Assembly (NCBI GenBank): GCA_965178125.1
Contig: OZ237746.1
Coordinates: 496,001-560,000, forward strand
Origin: Bilabrum cf. latius
Lineage: Eukaryota
DNA: 64,000 nt
Direction of reading: 5' to 3'
The notes under the pieces are model-generated. The model had not been told where the DNA came from. It made no database searches and was given only the letters and a program-made list of their open reading frames with translations. Below, one piece after another: positions 24,501-35,073 of this stretch. A program made the position numbers and the translations under genes. Positions within the stretch are counted from its first letter, which is position 1, and the number at the start of each line of letters is the position of its first letter.

Positions 24501-26726
24501 TCTTGCTGCCTTGCGTGCTCCTCTATCTGCTGGGCGCGGCTGGCTGTGCGACGAGTCAGGGGCGGGGAGGCATGCGCAGCTGGGCTTGACGTTCCAGAGC
24601 TGCTGCTACTTGCGGTACTCTATGCTTTGCTTTGCATTCCAGCTCCTGCCGGCACATGCACTAGACTTGTTGCGGACCCGCTGGCCGGGGAGGACTCACC
24701 TCGGGGCGAGGAGCCTGGCTCTGAGGAGACAGTGGACGAAGAGGCAGGACGATCGACTGCCTATCCTGCCCGCCGGCTGCCTCTTCGGCTGGCCCAGCCA
24801 TCACGGCTGGCTGGCCTTGGGACTGACAGAGAGAGAAGGCTGCTGCCGCCTGCTCGCTTGGGCGACGAGGAAGAGGGCGCTCGGAGTCTGTCACTAGTTG
24901 GAGCGATGCCTCGCTCTAAGCTGCCGCTGCTGTTGGACTCATCGCGACCCGTGGATCGGCTGCTGCCGCTTTGCTGGCTGCTTGCACCTGCACTTCTGAC
25001 ATAGTCATCCTCCCGACGGCGTTTCGCTTTGCGGGCATCGCTACCGCCCCTCTTTCGCAGCCTTGTCCTATGCTCCGTCTCTGGCTCGCTGTGGTCGCTG
25101 TCAGGATCAATGCCAGAGCTGGTACCATTCCCAGTGCTTTCCTCGTCGCTGGATTCCGGGACGGTCGGCCTGCCGCTCATGACACGGCCGGTGCCAGCGC
25201 CTGTTCCCTCTCCATTGGTATTCCTTGGCTTCTTGCTCGGGCTGCTGCCACCACTCTCGTCACCGCTGGACCGGTTAGCACTGCTCTCCGTGCCTCTTGC
25301 AGAGGACGCCTCGTCTGACTCGCCGCTGCCTGTCTTATCTGAATCTGCCGCGCCTTGCGCTTCGCTTCTGCTTCGTTTCTTGCCGCGACCCTTGGCACGG
25401 CCGCCTTTCCTGCCCTTTGCTTGTGCCCCGTGTGCCCCTGTCTTGCCCGTGCCTTTGCCTGCGCCCGCGCTGCCACCCGCCCCCTGCCCCTCCCCGTCGG
25501 CAACCCCCAGCAGCACCGGGCCCCCGTCCTCGCTGTAGACCGTGGCCCCAACAGGCAGCAGCGCCTTGAAGTGCGCCTCGCCCCGCAAGGTGAGCCATAT
25601 CTCGCACCCGGAGAACGCCCCAAGCGATGTCCTCAGTCCAGAGTCAATCGCCTCCAGTGACACCCGCCGAGGAGAGACGGCCTCGCTCAGTCTAAGACAG
25701 GTGCCGCGCCTGACCCGAGAGCTGATTGCACCCACACCGAAGCCTCCACTGCTGCCTATACTGCCCGTTGGGCTGGGCCTGCGCACGGCAGCGCTGCCGC
25801 TGCTAGCTGATGTCGACGCCGCTGAGCCACCCTGCTTGTTATCGTCTGCAGACATCCCGCTCGAAAATGAAGAAGCAGATGCATCCATTGCGTCCACCGC
25901 AGCGGCCGCCGCTTCGGTTTCCTCCGCCGATGCAGGCCCGATGTGGAGCACTTTCACAGAGGCACCTGTCGCATCAGCCAGCGCTTGCAGGGTGCAGTGA
26001 TCTCCGTCTGTCGCGTCTCGCCGCATCCTCGCGAGGTATTCCTTGACATTTACACCTGTACCACCCGCCGAGTGCGCTCGGCGGGTGCGTCCTCCAGCGG
26101 AAAGTAGAAAGCTCTGGAAGCGAGCACCGTTGCCCTCGATGACGCCCAGTGCCGCTCTTCGCAGTACCCGGTGCGGCTAGAATTCTTTGGTAGGATGCGC
26201 ACCGCAAGCGCTGTAACTGAAGGATGCAAATTGGCAAGCGCCCGATCTAGCCGAGCCTCTCAGGCATTCAACCTCCATGAGGCCGTGCTTCGAGAGATGC
26301 TCGGCCAAGTCAGACCGGTGGGTCAGTACCCGTCCTCCATACAACCCAGCTGCGACAAAAGGTATTCATCGACTTAACATAATATCAATAGTTCGATTGG
26401 GACAGCAATTCAAAAAATGAGCCGAACTGGTGAGCTGCAGACGCCAGCGCGCAGTTGCTTTTCACAAACGCGAAAGAGGTTGGCCACTCACCCGGAATGC
26501 TGCTGAGACACACGTCTACCTGGTCCTTCATGCAACTAAGTACATGCGAATTTATCTTCTAATATCTTCGAACTGCATCTGAGAGCCACATTGAGCTCTG
26601 AGCTAGCAAATACTCCCTCGCCGATGCACTCATCACCCCCTTCTCTCTCAACGAGGAGTTTCCAGTCCCAGTACTGACAGAATTAGGTTCACACTTCTTT
26701 GCTTTCGATGATTTTGTTCTCGGCAT
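21569..26726 (-). CDS. ~1,670-aa OTU-like + RING-H2 + PHD + PHRF1/SCAF11-like C-terminal domain protein
   Basis: Exon 1 26726-26492, intron 26491-26350 (GTGAGT...CGCAG), exon 2 26349-21569 (TGA), with only TAG interruptions where checked. OTU motifs: GACQFASFS, EYLARMRRDATDGDHCTLQALAD, IWLTLRGEAHF. RING: CVVC..CTHVFHYDC..W..TCPLCK. PHD: CMHC...LLLCDGHCGRAAHTFC...VPEGEWHCRAC. C-terminal motif: VRQCVEPAYSAGNLTREQVKSVVKAATKSI. The 3' end could include one more intron. Confidence 0.8.
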
Positions 26727-26858
26727 CTTGCAGGGTACTTTGAGGGGCCTTAGCTGGTTCAAACGTGCCTTCGTGCGACCGAAGCAAGGTCGAGGCGCCG
26801 CGCAGTAACTTACGGAACATGCTGCGATCGCCCGGCAACGGATACAGTAGTTAGAGGC

Positions 26859-28226
26859 ATGAAGAAGGGAGCCAGAGTGTGTGCATCGCGGCTTGTCGAA
26901 GAGAAGATAATTGCGAGAGAGAAAAGACTGCATCGGCGTCGCAGGGATGTGAGTAATGTGGCACTGCTGGCAGAAACGTGCATTAACCTTGATGGCAGCT
27001 CGAATAAACAGCAACCGTACGTCCTGCGGCGTTATTGATGGCCCCTATCATCGTGATGCAGGACCCCAAGAATGTTGGTATCGATAATAAACCGCCAGTT
27101 GTCGCCCCGCATGTGATCCGTAACAGCAAGCGGCGCATGAAGGAGCGGGAAAGGGGTAAGGCGCAGAGCACATTCATTCCTTTAACCAGTTATACGCAGT
27201 ATCAGGGTGCGATCTTGCATTACGATCTGATTGACCACATTATCATTTATCGCAGTGCTTCAAATTCAGAAGGATAACGAGCTTCTTCTTAGGAAAATGG
27301 TGGCGATAGGATCGCGGTCCAGCCGTGCGGGTTCTCACACAGAGTACGGCCCCGGAGTGCGCCTGGACAGCAGCCAAATGCCTGTCGTTGACTCATACCT
27401 ATCTCCCCGACCGACTCAAAGAGGCGCGGCGATGCCAAAGCCGAGCATGAACTACGCCGTCAGGAAGAAGGAAGCCTTCCGCATCGCGCAGGAGAACCAC
27501 CGCCTTCTCGACCGGATCGTCCACACCAAGAGCGTCATGTCGCACGACGTGCTAGACAGGGGAGCCAGGGACTAGAAGAAGTTCCTCAGGCAGCTAGGGA
27601 CCAAGCCGCTGGGGGAGCCCGGCTCAGGCGTGGGCGTCCACGGGAGGGCGACGATGATGCCTCGCCGGCTCCGATCTAGAAGCCCGCGGGCCAGAGGCGC
27701 CGGGGGATCTCGTAGCAGGAGCCCACGGGCGGCCAGGGGCGGGTACCGCGGTGCCGGTTCCGTTCCCAGGGAGAGCAGGTTGGAGCCATTGGATGGTCCT
27801 GGCGCGGGTGCTGGTGCTGGTGCTGGTGCTGGTGCTGGTGCTGGTGCTGGTGCTGGTGCTGGTGCTGGTGCTGGTGCAGGTGCAGGTGCAGGTGCGGGTG
27901 CAGGTGCAGGTGCGGGTGGGTATTCCGACTCCGGATATGGCCCCAGGTCGAGCGGTGGCGGGGCCGGCATGGCGGTGGCGGTGCCGGCGGGAGCCTCAGG
28001 GGGTGAAGGGGGAGAGAGAAAGGATGGTGGGGAGGGGGTCGTTGGGGGAGGCCCCCCTCATGGGGGTGCCAGTGTCAGTGCCAGTGGGGCTGGGGCTGTG
28101 GCTCCCACCGCTGGAAAGGGACCAGCAGATGAAGAGAGCAAGGTGGAGGGTGCAGCGCATGGTGGTGCTGAGGTCGGCGGGGATGAGGACGATTATGGCG
28201 ATGACTTCGAGGAATCGCAGGGGTGA
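26859..28226 (+). CDS. CFAP97/Hemingway-domain (cilia/flagella-associated) protein, ~384 aa
   Basis: Exons 26859-26948, 27062-27155 and 27256-28226, with GT-AG introns of 113 and 100 nt. Motifs: IDNKPP..HVIRNSKR..ER..IQKDNELLLRKM and SMNYAVRKKEAFRIAQENHRLLDRI. One in-frame TAG (27573-27575); ends in TGA. Confidence 0.8.
27801..27914 (+). repeat. (GGTGCN)n hexamer repeat encoding (Gly-Ala)n
   Basis: About 19 tandem ggtgct/ggtgca/ggtgcg units inside the CFAP97-domain CDS. Confidence 0.95.
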
Positions 28227-28946
28227 CTGCTGTCAGCACCGCCATGGTCCAAGATAGTTTGTGATTGAAAGTGGTTGGATTCGACGTCATGATTGATGCA
28301 AGTGTACCAATTTGTGGTTTGATTCTGACTGAAAGGATTGATGAGCTCGTATATCTAGTTGCGTGTTAAAACTGGTTTTCTGGACGTCGAACTACAGGCC
28401 AGCCCCGTCGGAGCGTCAGCGCATCAGTTGGCCGATCACAACGAGTTGCTGAGTAAGCAGTGCTACAGACTAAGTAAGATATACATATTGAATCTATTTA
28501 GCTCACTGAAGTCGCTCATTTATATCGAGGCTATTTGCAATTGAGGCAAGTGAAGTCCACATCAGCATGGTACACTCCACTGATTTCCAACCGCAGGGAC
28601 GAAGAGTACTCGTTGAAGACCGCGTAGAAACATACAAGTAGTTGATATGAAACGAGCTCGATACGATCTGTAGTCGCAAGGCTCAGTCCCGTCGCAATCC
28701 CTTGGGAAGCAAGCCTAGTCACTTGAACACGTCGACAGTCACGCACCCCTGATTTCATCGGCTTCACACGGATCATCCGCAAAAAAGCGAAGAATTGAGC
28801 GTTCGTCCGGTGGTAGATCTGCGGAGGAGCCGTACGTTTCCCGCAGCGAATTAGATTCAGACCGGCTAGCCACGACGGCGTCCGACGGCCGCTCGGCGCC
28901 TATTGGAACATCGTCGACGCTTTCTGTTGACTAGCAATCCGTGCGG

Positions 28947-31900
28947 ATGGGAAACAGGTCGGGCGATGAAACTGGACATTCCTACGGCAGCCGAGCTTCG
29001 CAGTCGGTAGCTGGACAGAACAGTGATCGTGGGATGGGATCGAGCGGCTCCCCCGATGATGAGGTTGATGCTGCCTCCCCCGCTGATGCATCAGGAAGCG
29101 ATGCTCAAATCAGCAGATCTGGGCAGCTCAGTAAGTAGTCTTCCATTAACGATGGTTTCAGAACAAATGGTGAGATTTGAGCGCTTTACCGTGCGCGCAC
29201 GTGGCGCGTGCCGAAAGTGTAGTGGGACCAGTCAGCATACGATTTCATCCCAAGGCAATACTATTGCATCTTGTAGCTTTGATTCGATGAGTTGACATCG
29301 CAGGCATTCGAGAAAGTAGCTCCAGCACTCTGAAAGGGTCCCGAGATCAGCTGCGACGATCGCCATCGCAACAGGCTGATGGCGAAGCTGCCGCAATTCT
29401 TTTTGGGTTAACTTCGAGCCAGCCCGAAGCAAGCGGAAGCAAGAAGAGTGTCGGTCAAACTAGTCTTAGCGGAGCTACATCAAACAATCTGCAGCAGAAG
29501 GGGGCGACATGGGGCCAAATGGACCGGGATGTGCAATCGGACCGAAGCCCAGAGGCTGCGGGCGGGAGGAGACGGCGGGCATCTCGCAAGGCGCGAGACA
29601 ACTCGCTTGAGGATGAGATTACCAGTGACAGCGACTCGGGCGGCCAAGGAACGTCCACGCGTTCGGGTTCGAGCAGGATTCGTGCAAGAAGTCGAAGCGA
29701 TACGAACGATGAACCGTCCAGTGCGCGGCAGCGGCGGAACTCCTCATCGAGCCAGGGTCGCAGGGGGAAGACGGCTAAATAGAAGCGGGAGGAATCTCAG
29801 ATGGATGAAGCGGCAGCTGCCCTGCTTCAGCAGCAAATGGGACCGCCCCCGGCTTTCTCTAACGGGCGCCGCGCGTCCTTTGCGGAACCTGACAACCATG
29901 GCAGCAATTCGAGCCGGCGCCCGTCCACTCGAACCGTCGGTCGTGCTGTCCCTGGCCTGGGCCGCCCCGGGGGATATCCCCTGCACCCCGTGGCGGGGAC
30001 ACCTGCCGCGAAGAAGGAGTCCCCCAAGCCCTCTGGGGCTGCTGCTGGTGCGGGTTCCGGGGCGGACAGCTCCTCTGCCAGCAGCCACTCGGTGAGCCTG
30101 ACCGCTGCCACTGGCTTTCCCACGGGCAGCCTGGACCTGACCGTGGACCTGGCTTCCTCTGCCCTCCTCCGGTCCATCGTGGAGGAGGCGGAGAGGAGGG
30201 CCAGCGTTCAGCTGCGGGAGGAGGAGGCGGACTCGGTCGGGGGCAAGGCTAAGGGACTGGACGGTGGGCCAGGGAACAGCATTCACAACGGGGAGAGTGG
30301 GAGCGGCGCAGATGGGGGCAAGGGGGACGGGTCAGGGGGCAGGAAACGGGGCCAGAAGCGGTCGGCTGCCGACCGAGCCAGCCGCAGGCGCGAGCTCAAC
30401 CGAGTCAACGCCAAGAAGAGCAGGCTGAGGAAGAAGTACTTCATCGAGAGCCTGGTGAAGAAACTGGAGGAGCTGGAGCAGGAGAACACAGCGCTGAGGC
30501 AGATAGGACCCCCTGACCCGAGGGGACACTCCTCCTCGTCCTCCTCCTCCTCCTCCTCCTCGTCTGCGTCGTCGTCTTTTTCATCTGCTGCTTCGACTGC
30601 GGCCGGGTCCCACTCTGGCGAAGGGACCGACGGACAGGCAGGTAACGGTCTAGGACCGAACCCTGTCGGGCAGATGATGTCCCAAGGCCAAGGGCAGACC
30701 CGAGAAGCAGCCGAACGGCAGATTTCCACCAGGTCCACAGAGGGCGGGTCTGCTTTGCAGGTCCCCGCGTCGGGTATCATGGCCAACGCGTCTGCGGAGC
30801 TTCTCCAGCACCTGGAAGTGAGCTCCCGCACCTTTCTCATTTCGGACGCGACGCTCCCCGACAACCCCATCGTGTACGTGTCGCCGTCCTTCTGTCGGCT
30901 GACTGGATTCGCGGAGCGAGAGTGCATCGGACGCAACTGCAGGTTCCTACAGGGGCCGGGGACGGACCCGCGCACCAGGGGATTCATGCGGTCCGCGCTG
31001 GCGGCCGGCCGGGAGTGCAGCTGCATTCTGCTGAACTTCACCAAGGGTGGGCGGCCCTTCTGGAACTATCTCTACATTTCGCCTCTGGTCGACGTGGGCG
31101 GCAAGGTCAGGAACTTTGTGGGCGTGCAGCAAGAAGTCTCAAACGAGGCCGCCGCTGCGGCAGGTGCCGTCCTGGTCGCACCCGATGGCACGGAGCTGCC
31201 GCCTCACCTGAAAGACCACGTGTTTCTCTCCAATGGCAGCCAAACTGACATCGGAAAGGTGCAGCAGCACGTGAATCAGTCGGCTCAGATGTCACGCCCC
31301 ACAGCCAGCAGCAGTAGCAGCAGCAGTGGCGGTGTTGGGCACGCGTCTGCCGGTGACTCCTCTCGCAGGCCGACCGTCCTTGGTCCTTAGACTGCGCAGC
31401 TGCCGTCGCTGCCCGCGCAAATGCCCGGGGCCCAAGCAGTCCAAGGGCCCGTGGCCCAGGGGCAGGTGGCGCAGCAGCAGGCTCACGCCATGCCGTCCTA
31501 TCAGTCTTTTGCTGCTCACTCGGGTCAGCACCACGCTGGTGGTAAGGTTCAGTGGAACGGATCTGCGACGAGCTTCTCGGCCGCCGCCTCGAGCAGCGGC
31601 GACATCTCGCCACTGGCAGGTACTTCTGCAGGAAGCGTGCAGTGGTCGCAAACACAGGCCCCCAGCTTGGCCAGTGGCAGCCAGCATGCCATGCAGCAGC
31701 AGTAGCAGCAGATGCACCTGTTCCCGCCTGGGGGTCCTCCTAGCGGTGGCAGCAGCGGGGCTGGACTCACGATAGGCGAGTTGGCCCGCCGGGGCCATGG
31801 GCACTCGGCTGGCATGCTGGACCCGCCCTCCCACCAGCAACCAACTGAGTAGAGTCATGGGACGGTGCAAGATCAGCTGCAGCAGCATTTTCAGCGGTAG

Positions 31901-32260
31901 CAGCTGCATCAGGGGATCGGACCTGCACCGGATGGCGCTCCCGGCGGCACACACGCACCCCAGACACAGCCTGCTCAGCCGATCGCCCAGCCAGGCATGC
32001 AGCCAGGGGAGCTGCAGGCAGCCGCTCTGTGGTCCAATTCAAGGACCAGTGGCGGCTCTGGAAGCGCCAACAGGAATGGTAGTACATCGGTGGAGTCGGA
32101 ACCGATGGACGGCTGGGAAGCTCTCCGCAGGCGGGTGGGGGAAAAGGCGTTGCCGTCGCAGCAGGGGCACCAGGCCAGTGCCGGTGCGAGTGGCAACGGG
32201 CAACTTGGCGGCCCCTCGTCTGAGAGTAGTGGGCAAGCTGCGATGGAAGGGCGGTCGTGA
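28947..32260 (+). CDS. Aureochrome-like bZIP-LOV blue-light-sensing transcription factor, ~1,046 aa
   Basis: Exon 1 28947-29130, intron 29131-29303 (GTAAGT...CGCAG), exon 2 29304-32260 (TGA) with TAG read-through. bZIP: RRRELNRVNAKKSRLRKKYFIESLVKKLEELEQEN. LOV: FLISDATLPDNPIVYVSPSFCRLTGF..ECIGRNCRFLQGPGTD..FWN..ISPL..FVGVQ, with the photoactive Cys present. Confidence 0.9.
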
Positions 32261-32523
32261 CACAGTCCTGATAAGGTTCGGGTCACCAGTTGGGTGGTCG
32301 GCTGCGCGGCTTCTTCGGGATGGCGGAACCAACCTCACATTGAGAATGAATCATTTTTAAAGCTGTTGACGTACTTGTTTGATACATGGATTGTTTGTGT
32401 TATTCAATTGTGCAGACAAGGCTTCTTGTTGCTCTAGCGGCCACCGAAGCGAACAGCCACGTGAAGTAACCACAGCACCCAGTTCTGCCGAACACAAAAC
32501 ATTGAGAACCGATCGGATCAACT

Positions 32524-34030
32524 TTACTATCTTTTCTGTTCATTCTTTGACTGATGCACGTCCGAATCAGCCGTGGTCTCTCGTTCCGCCCAGGCTCTCT
32601 CCTCCTCCTCCTCAAGCCGACCCAGCTCCTCTTCAAGCATCGCCCTGAAAGTGTCATCCGCCTGAAGAGCCAAGTCGATCTCGTGGAGACGGCGCTTCAG
32701 CTCCACCTCCACATAGTCCTCCGACACGCGCCGCAGCGGGACCAGCCCCTTGGTGTGACGAGCGAGCCAGGACCACACAAAGCCGAAGGGGTCCGACAGG
32801 AACCCGCGCGGCTCCGCCGCTACGCCCTCGGTTCCCCACGAACCTTCGGCAGCAGACGAGCCGCCGTCCACGTTGTTGTCTTGATCCGATTTCGATTTCA
32901 GCGGCCCCACCAGCCCCAGCTCGTCCACCACGTGGACCAGCCTGCCGGGCGACACCACCTCCACAGGCACGGTCGCGATTGCGAGCGAGCTCCTGGGCGG
33001 GGGATACACGCGCGTTCCAGTCCCGCTCGCCACCGCCTCCTTGCCCTCCCCGCTGGTGGGGTCAAGCACGCGCCCGTCTAGGCACGCCACGGCGCCGCGC
33101 AGCGGAACATGCTGCGCGGCGTTGACGAACAGTCCGGACTCCCACAGCAGCCGTCGCAGCCGGCGCGTCGTGTCTCGGCCCATGAACGTCCCGTCGCCGT
33201 TCTCCACCACCCACCGCTCCCGGGTGTCCATCGAGGCGGCCACTGCCCTAGCTGCCGCGGCGCCGTCCACAAGTTCCGCAGCCTCGGAGTCCTTGGCGAC
33301 TCCGGGTCCGAGCAGCAGCTCCGCTGCGCCTGTTCCCTGGAGCGCAGCCCGGGGATCGATCCCTCTGCTGGCCGCTTCCACCGCAGCCCCCCGCAGCATG
33401 GCCCGCCGCTCCACTGCCTGCTGGTAAGCTGCCGACCTGCGGGCGTCCACGCTCGCGCCGTCCACCACGTCCACCACCGCCTGGCCAGCCATGGCCGAGG
33501 CGCCCCAGAACACGGCAGAGACCGCTCCTTGCCCCGGTCCAGCCATGGCTCCGCTGAAGCCTCCAGCGACTGCTCCTGCCAGAGCTGACGAGAACTTGGG
33601 ATCACCGTCTCCGATGGCTGCACGGAATCCCTCGCGGGCAGCTGCGCGTGAAATCAGGGCAGTCGTAGCGTGATCATGCTCGCGGAGATACACATTGAGG
33701 CAACACCTACGGCTGTGCGTGCGCTCTCACTGAAAAAGGTACCGCAGAACGCAAAGTAATTTGTTGCCATCGCTGCACCGTAAAACATGGGATTCTACCG
33801 GCGGGCTAAGGCCAGTCCTGCGCCAAGCATTGCACCAACCGCCGTCCATCCTATTGTGTACACGGATACTCGCCTAACAGTCGCGTGGATCGGATCTGTG
33901 AGAAGGTGGCATGCTATTCGGACCGCAATTCATGGATGCGGGCAATCGTGCGCGAGCTAGATGAGTAGAAATACGACGCAATCTCACGCAACTCGTCCCA
34001 AATTTCTCTTTCAGTCTTGGGGACAGCCAT
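32524..34030 (-). CDS. Tim17/Tim22/Tim23-family-like membrane protein with long C-terminal extension
   Basis: Exons 34030-33988, 33895-33731 and 33641-32524, with introns of 92 and 89 nt (GTGAG...CAG). Gly-rich TM helices: TAVGAMLGAGLALARR(Q)NPMFYGAAMATNYFAFCGTFF and SALAGAVAGGFSGAMAG. Ends TAG-TAA. Confidence 0.6.
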
Positions 34031-34183
34031 AGCTACTTCACGACATTTGGTGTATTGAGATACTTGCCTCTGAATCCTTCCGGTTGGCTGCATGGATGCT
34101 GCACGGTCGTGCACTGCAATTTGATGAGGCAACTCGAAAATATCTTTGTTGACTATTTCATACACCAATACGCGGATCTAGAT

Positions 34184-34477
34184 ATGTCTGCCCTTGTCCT
34201 TCTGTCCCCAATCGTTCACTCCTTGAAGGAAGTGGGGTTTACACGGCCCTATCTAGTCATGCTGAACGCAGTCCTTGGCTGTCTTGCATTATCGCTCTGC
34301 TGGATATACTGGGTTGGCCTTGGAGACATGCATGTGACTGCTCTTGGTGTAATTGCGTTATGCTTGGGGATGTCTCTAAATTGGATGGCAGCGGTACAGC
34401 GACCACAGGCCGATGTGGATGCTGAGCTAGCGGAACAGCCAGCCGGTGATGGCAGCAGCGACAAGAAAGAAGACTAA
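34184..34477 (+). CDS. Small two-TM protein, Pkr1-like (V-ATPase assembly factor family), 97 aa
   Basis: ATG to TAA. The pattern IVHSLKEVGFTRPYLVMLNAVL..L..MHVTALGVIALCLGMSLNW resembles the Pkr1 family. Acidic tail. Confidence 0.5.
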   Translation: MSALVLLSPIVHSLKEVGFTRPYLVMLNAVLGCLALSLCWIYWVGLGDMHVTALGVIALCLGMSLNWMAAVQRPQADVDAELAEQPAGDGSSDKKED

Positions 34478-35073
34478 GCATTTAGGTCCATTCAAGTTTT
34501 TGGGACTGTGATTCATATGCTTCGAGTAGTAGCTCTACCGTACAGATGCAGAGCTGGGATGAAAGCACATGCAATCGCACTTCAAACTACGAGTAGCTGC
34601 AGTCCACCGTGCAAGCTGCTCCCAGGCGCCCAAGCCAATGGAAGTACAAAATGGTACGTTTGCCCTGGTCCTTGAGTACATACACCAGTCTTTGTGATCG
34701 CGGGGAAACACGCTTGCATGGCCAGCCGCCGTACCTAAGAGAGGCATGTACCAGTCGATCGAGGCTCGTCCTTTGTGTACGATCTTCAGAGTATTTGACC
34801 ATTGCGATGGCTCAGCGATCGATCTGTAGCCGCATATCAAGGGGGAAAGTGACCCGTGACTTCCGCACAGAGGGCGTCGAACTGGGCGCAAAATCGGGTG
34901 CGATTGGGATCTCTGTCGCCCGGCCGGGTATGGATAGTAGGCCAACACCGATTGGGCCTTGAAAAATACTAAAGTTAATTGTCTAGACATCCACGGTCGC
35001 ATGTTGCAATGACATGGATATGTACATGACTACCAGAAGAGGCCCGCATCCCGGCCAGAGGTTTGCTCGCTCA

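Noticed and set aside
27801-27914. Repeat arrays as CRISPR or mobile-element signatures
   Set aside because: They are simple coding micro/minisatellites without spacers, and no cas or transposase genes are present.
34480-35073. Terminal exon(s) of the PQQ-like gene or a separate gene (ORF 34535-35002)
   Set aside because: I could not define a convincing acceptor, frame or motif, so it is left unannotated.
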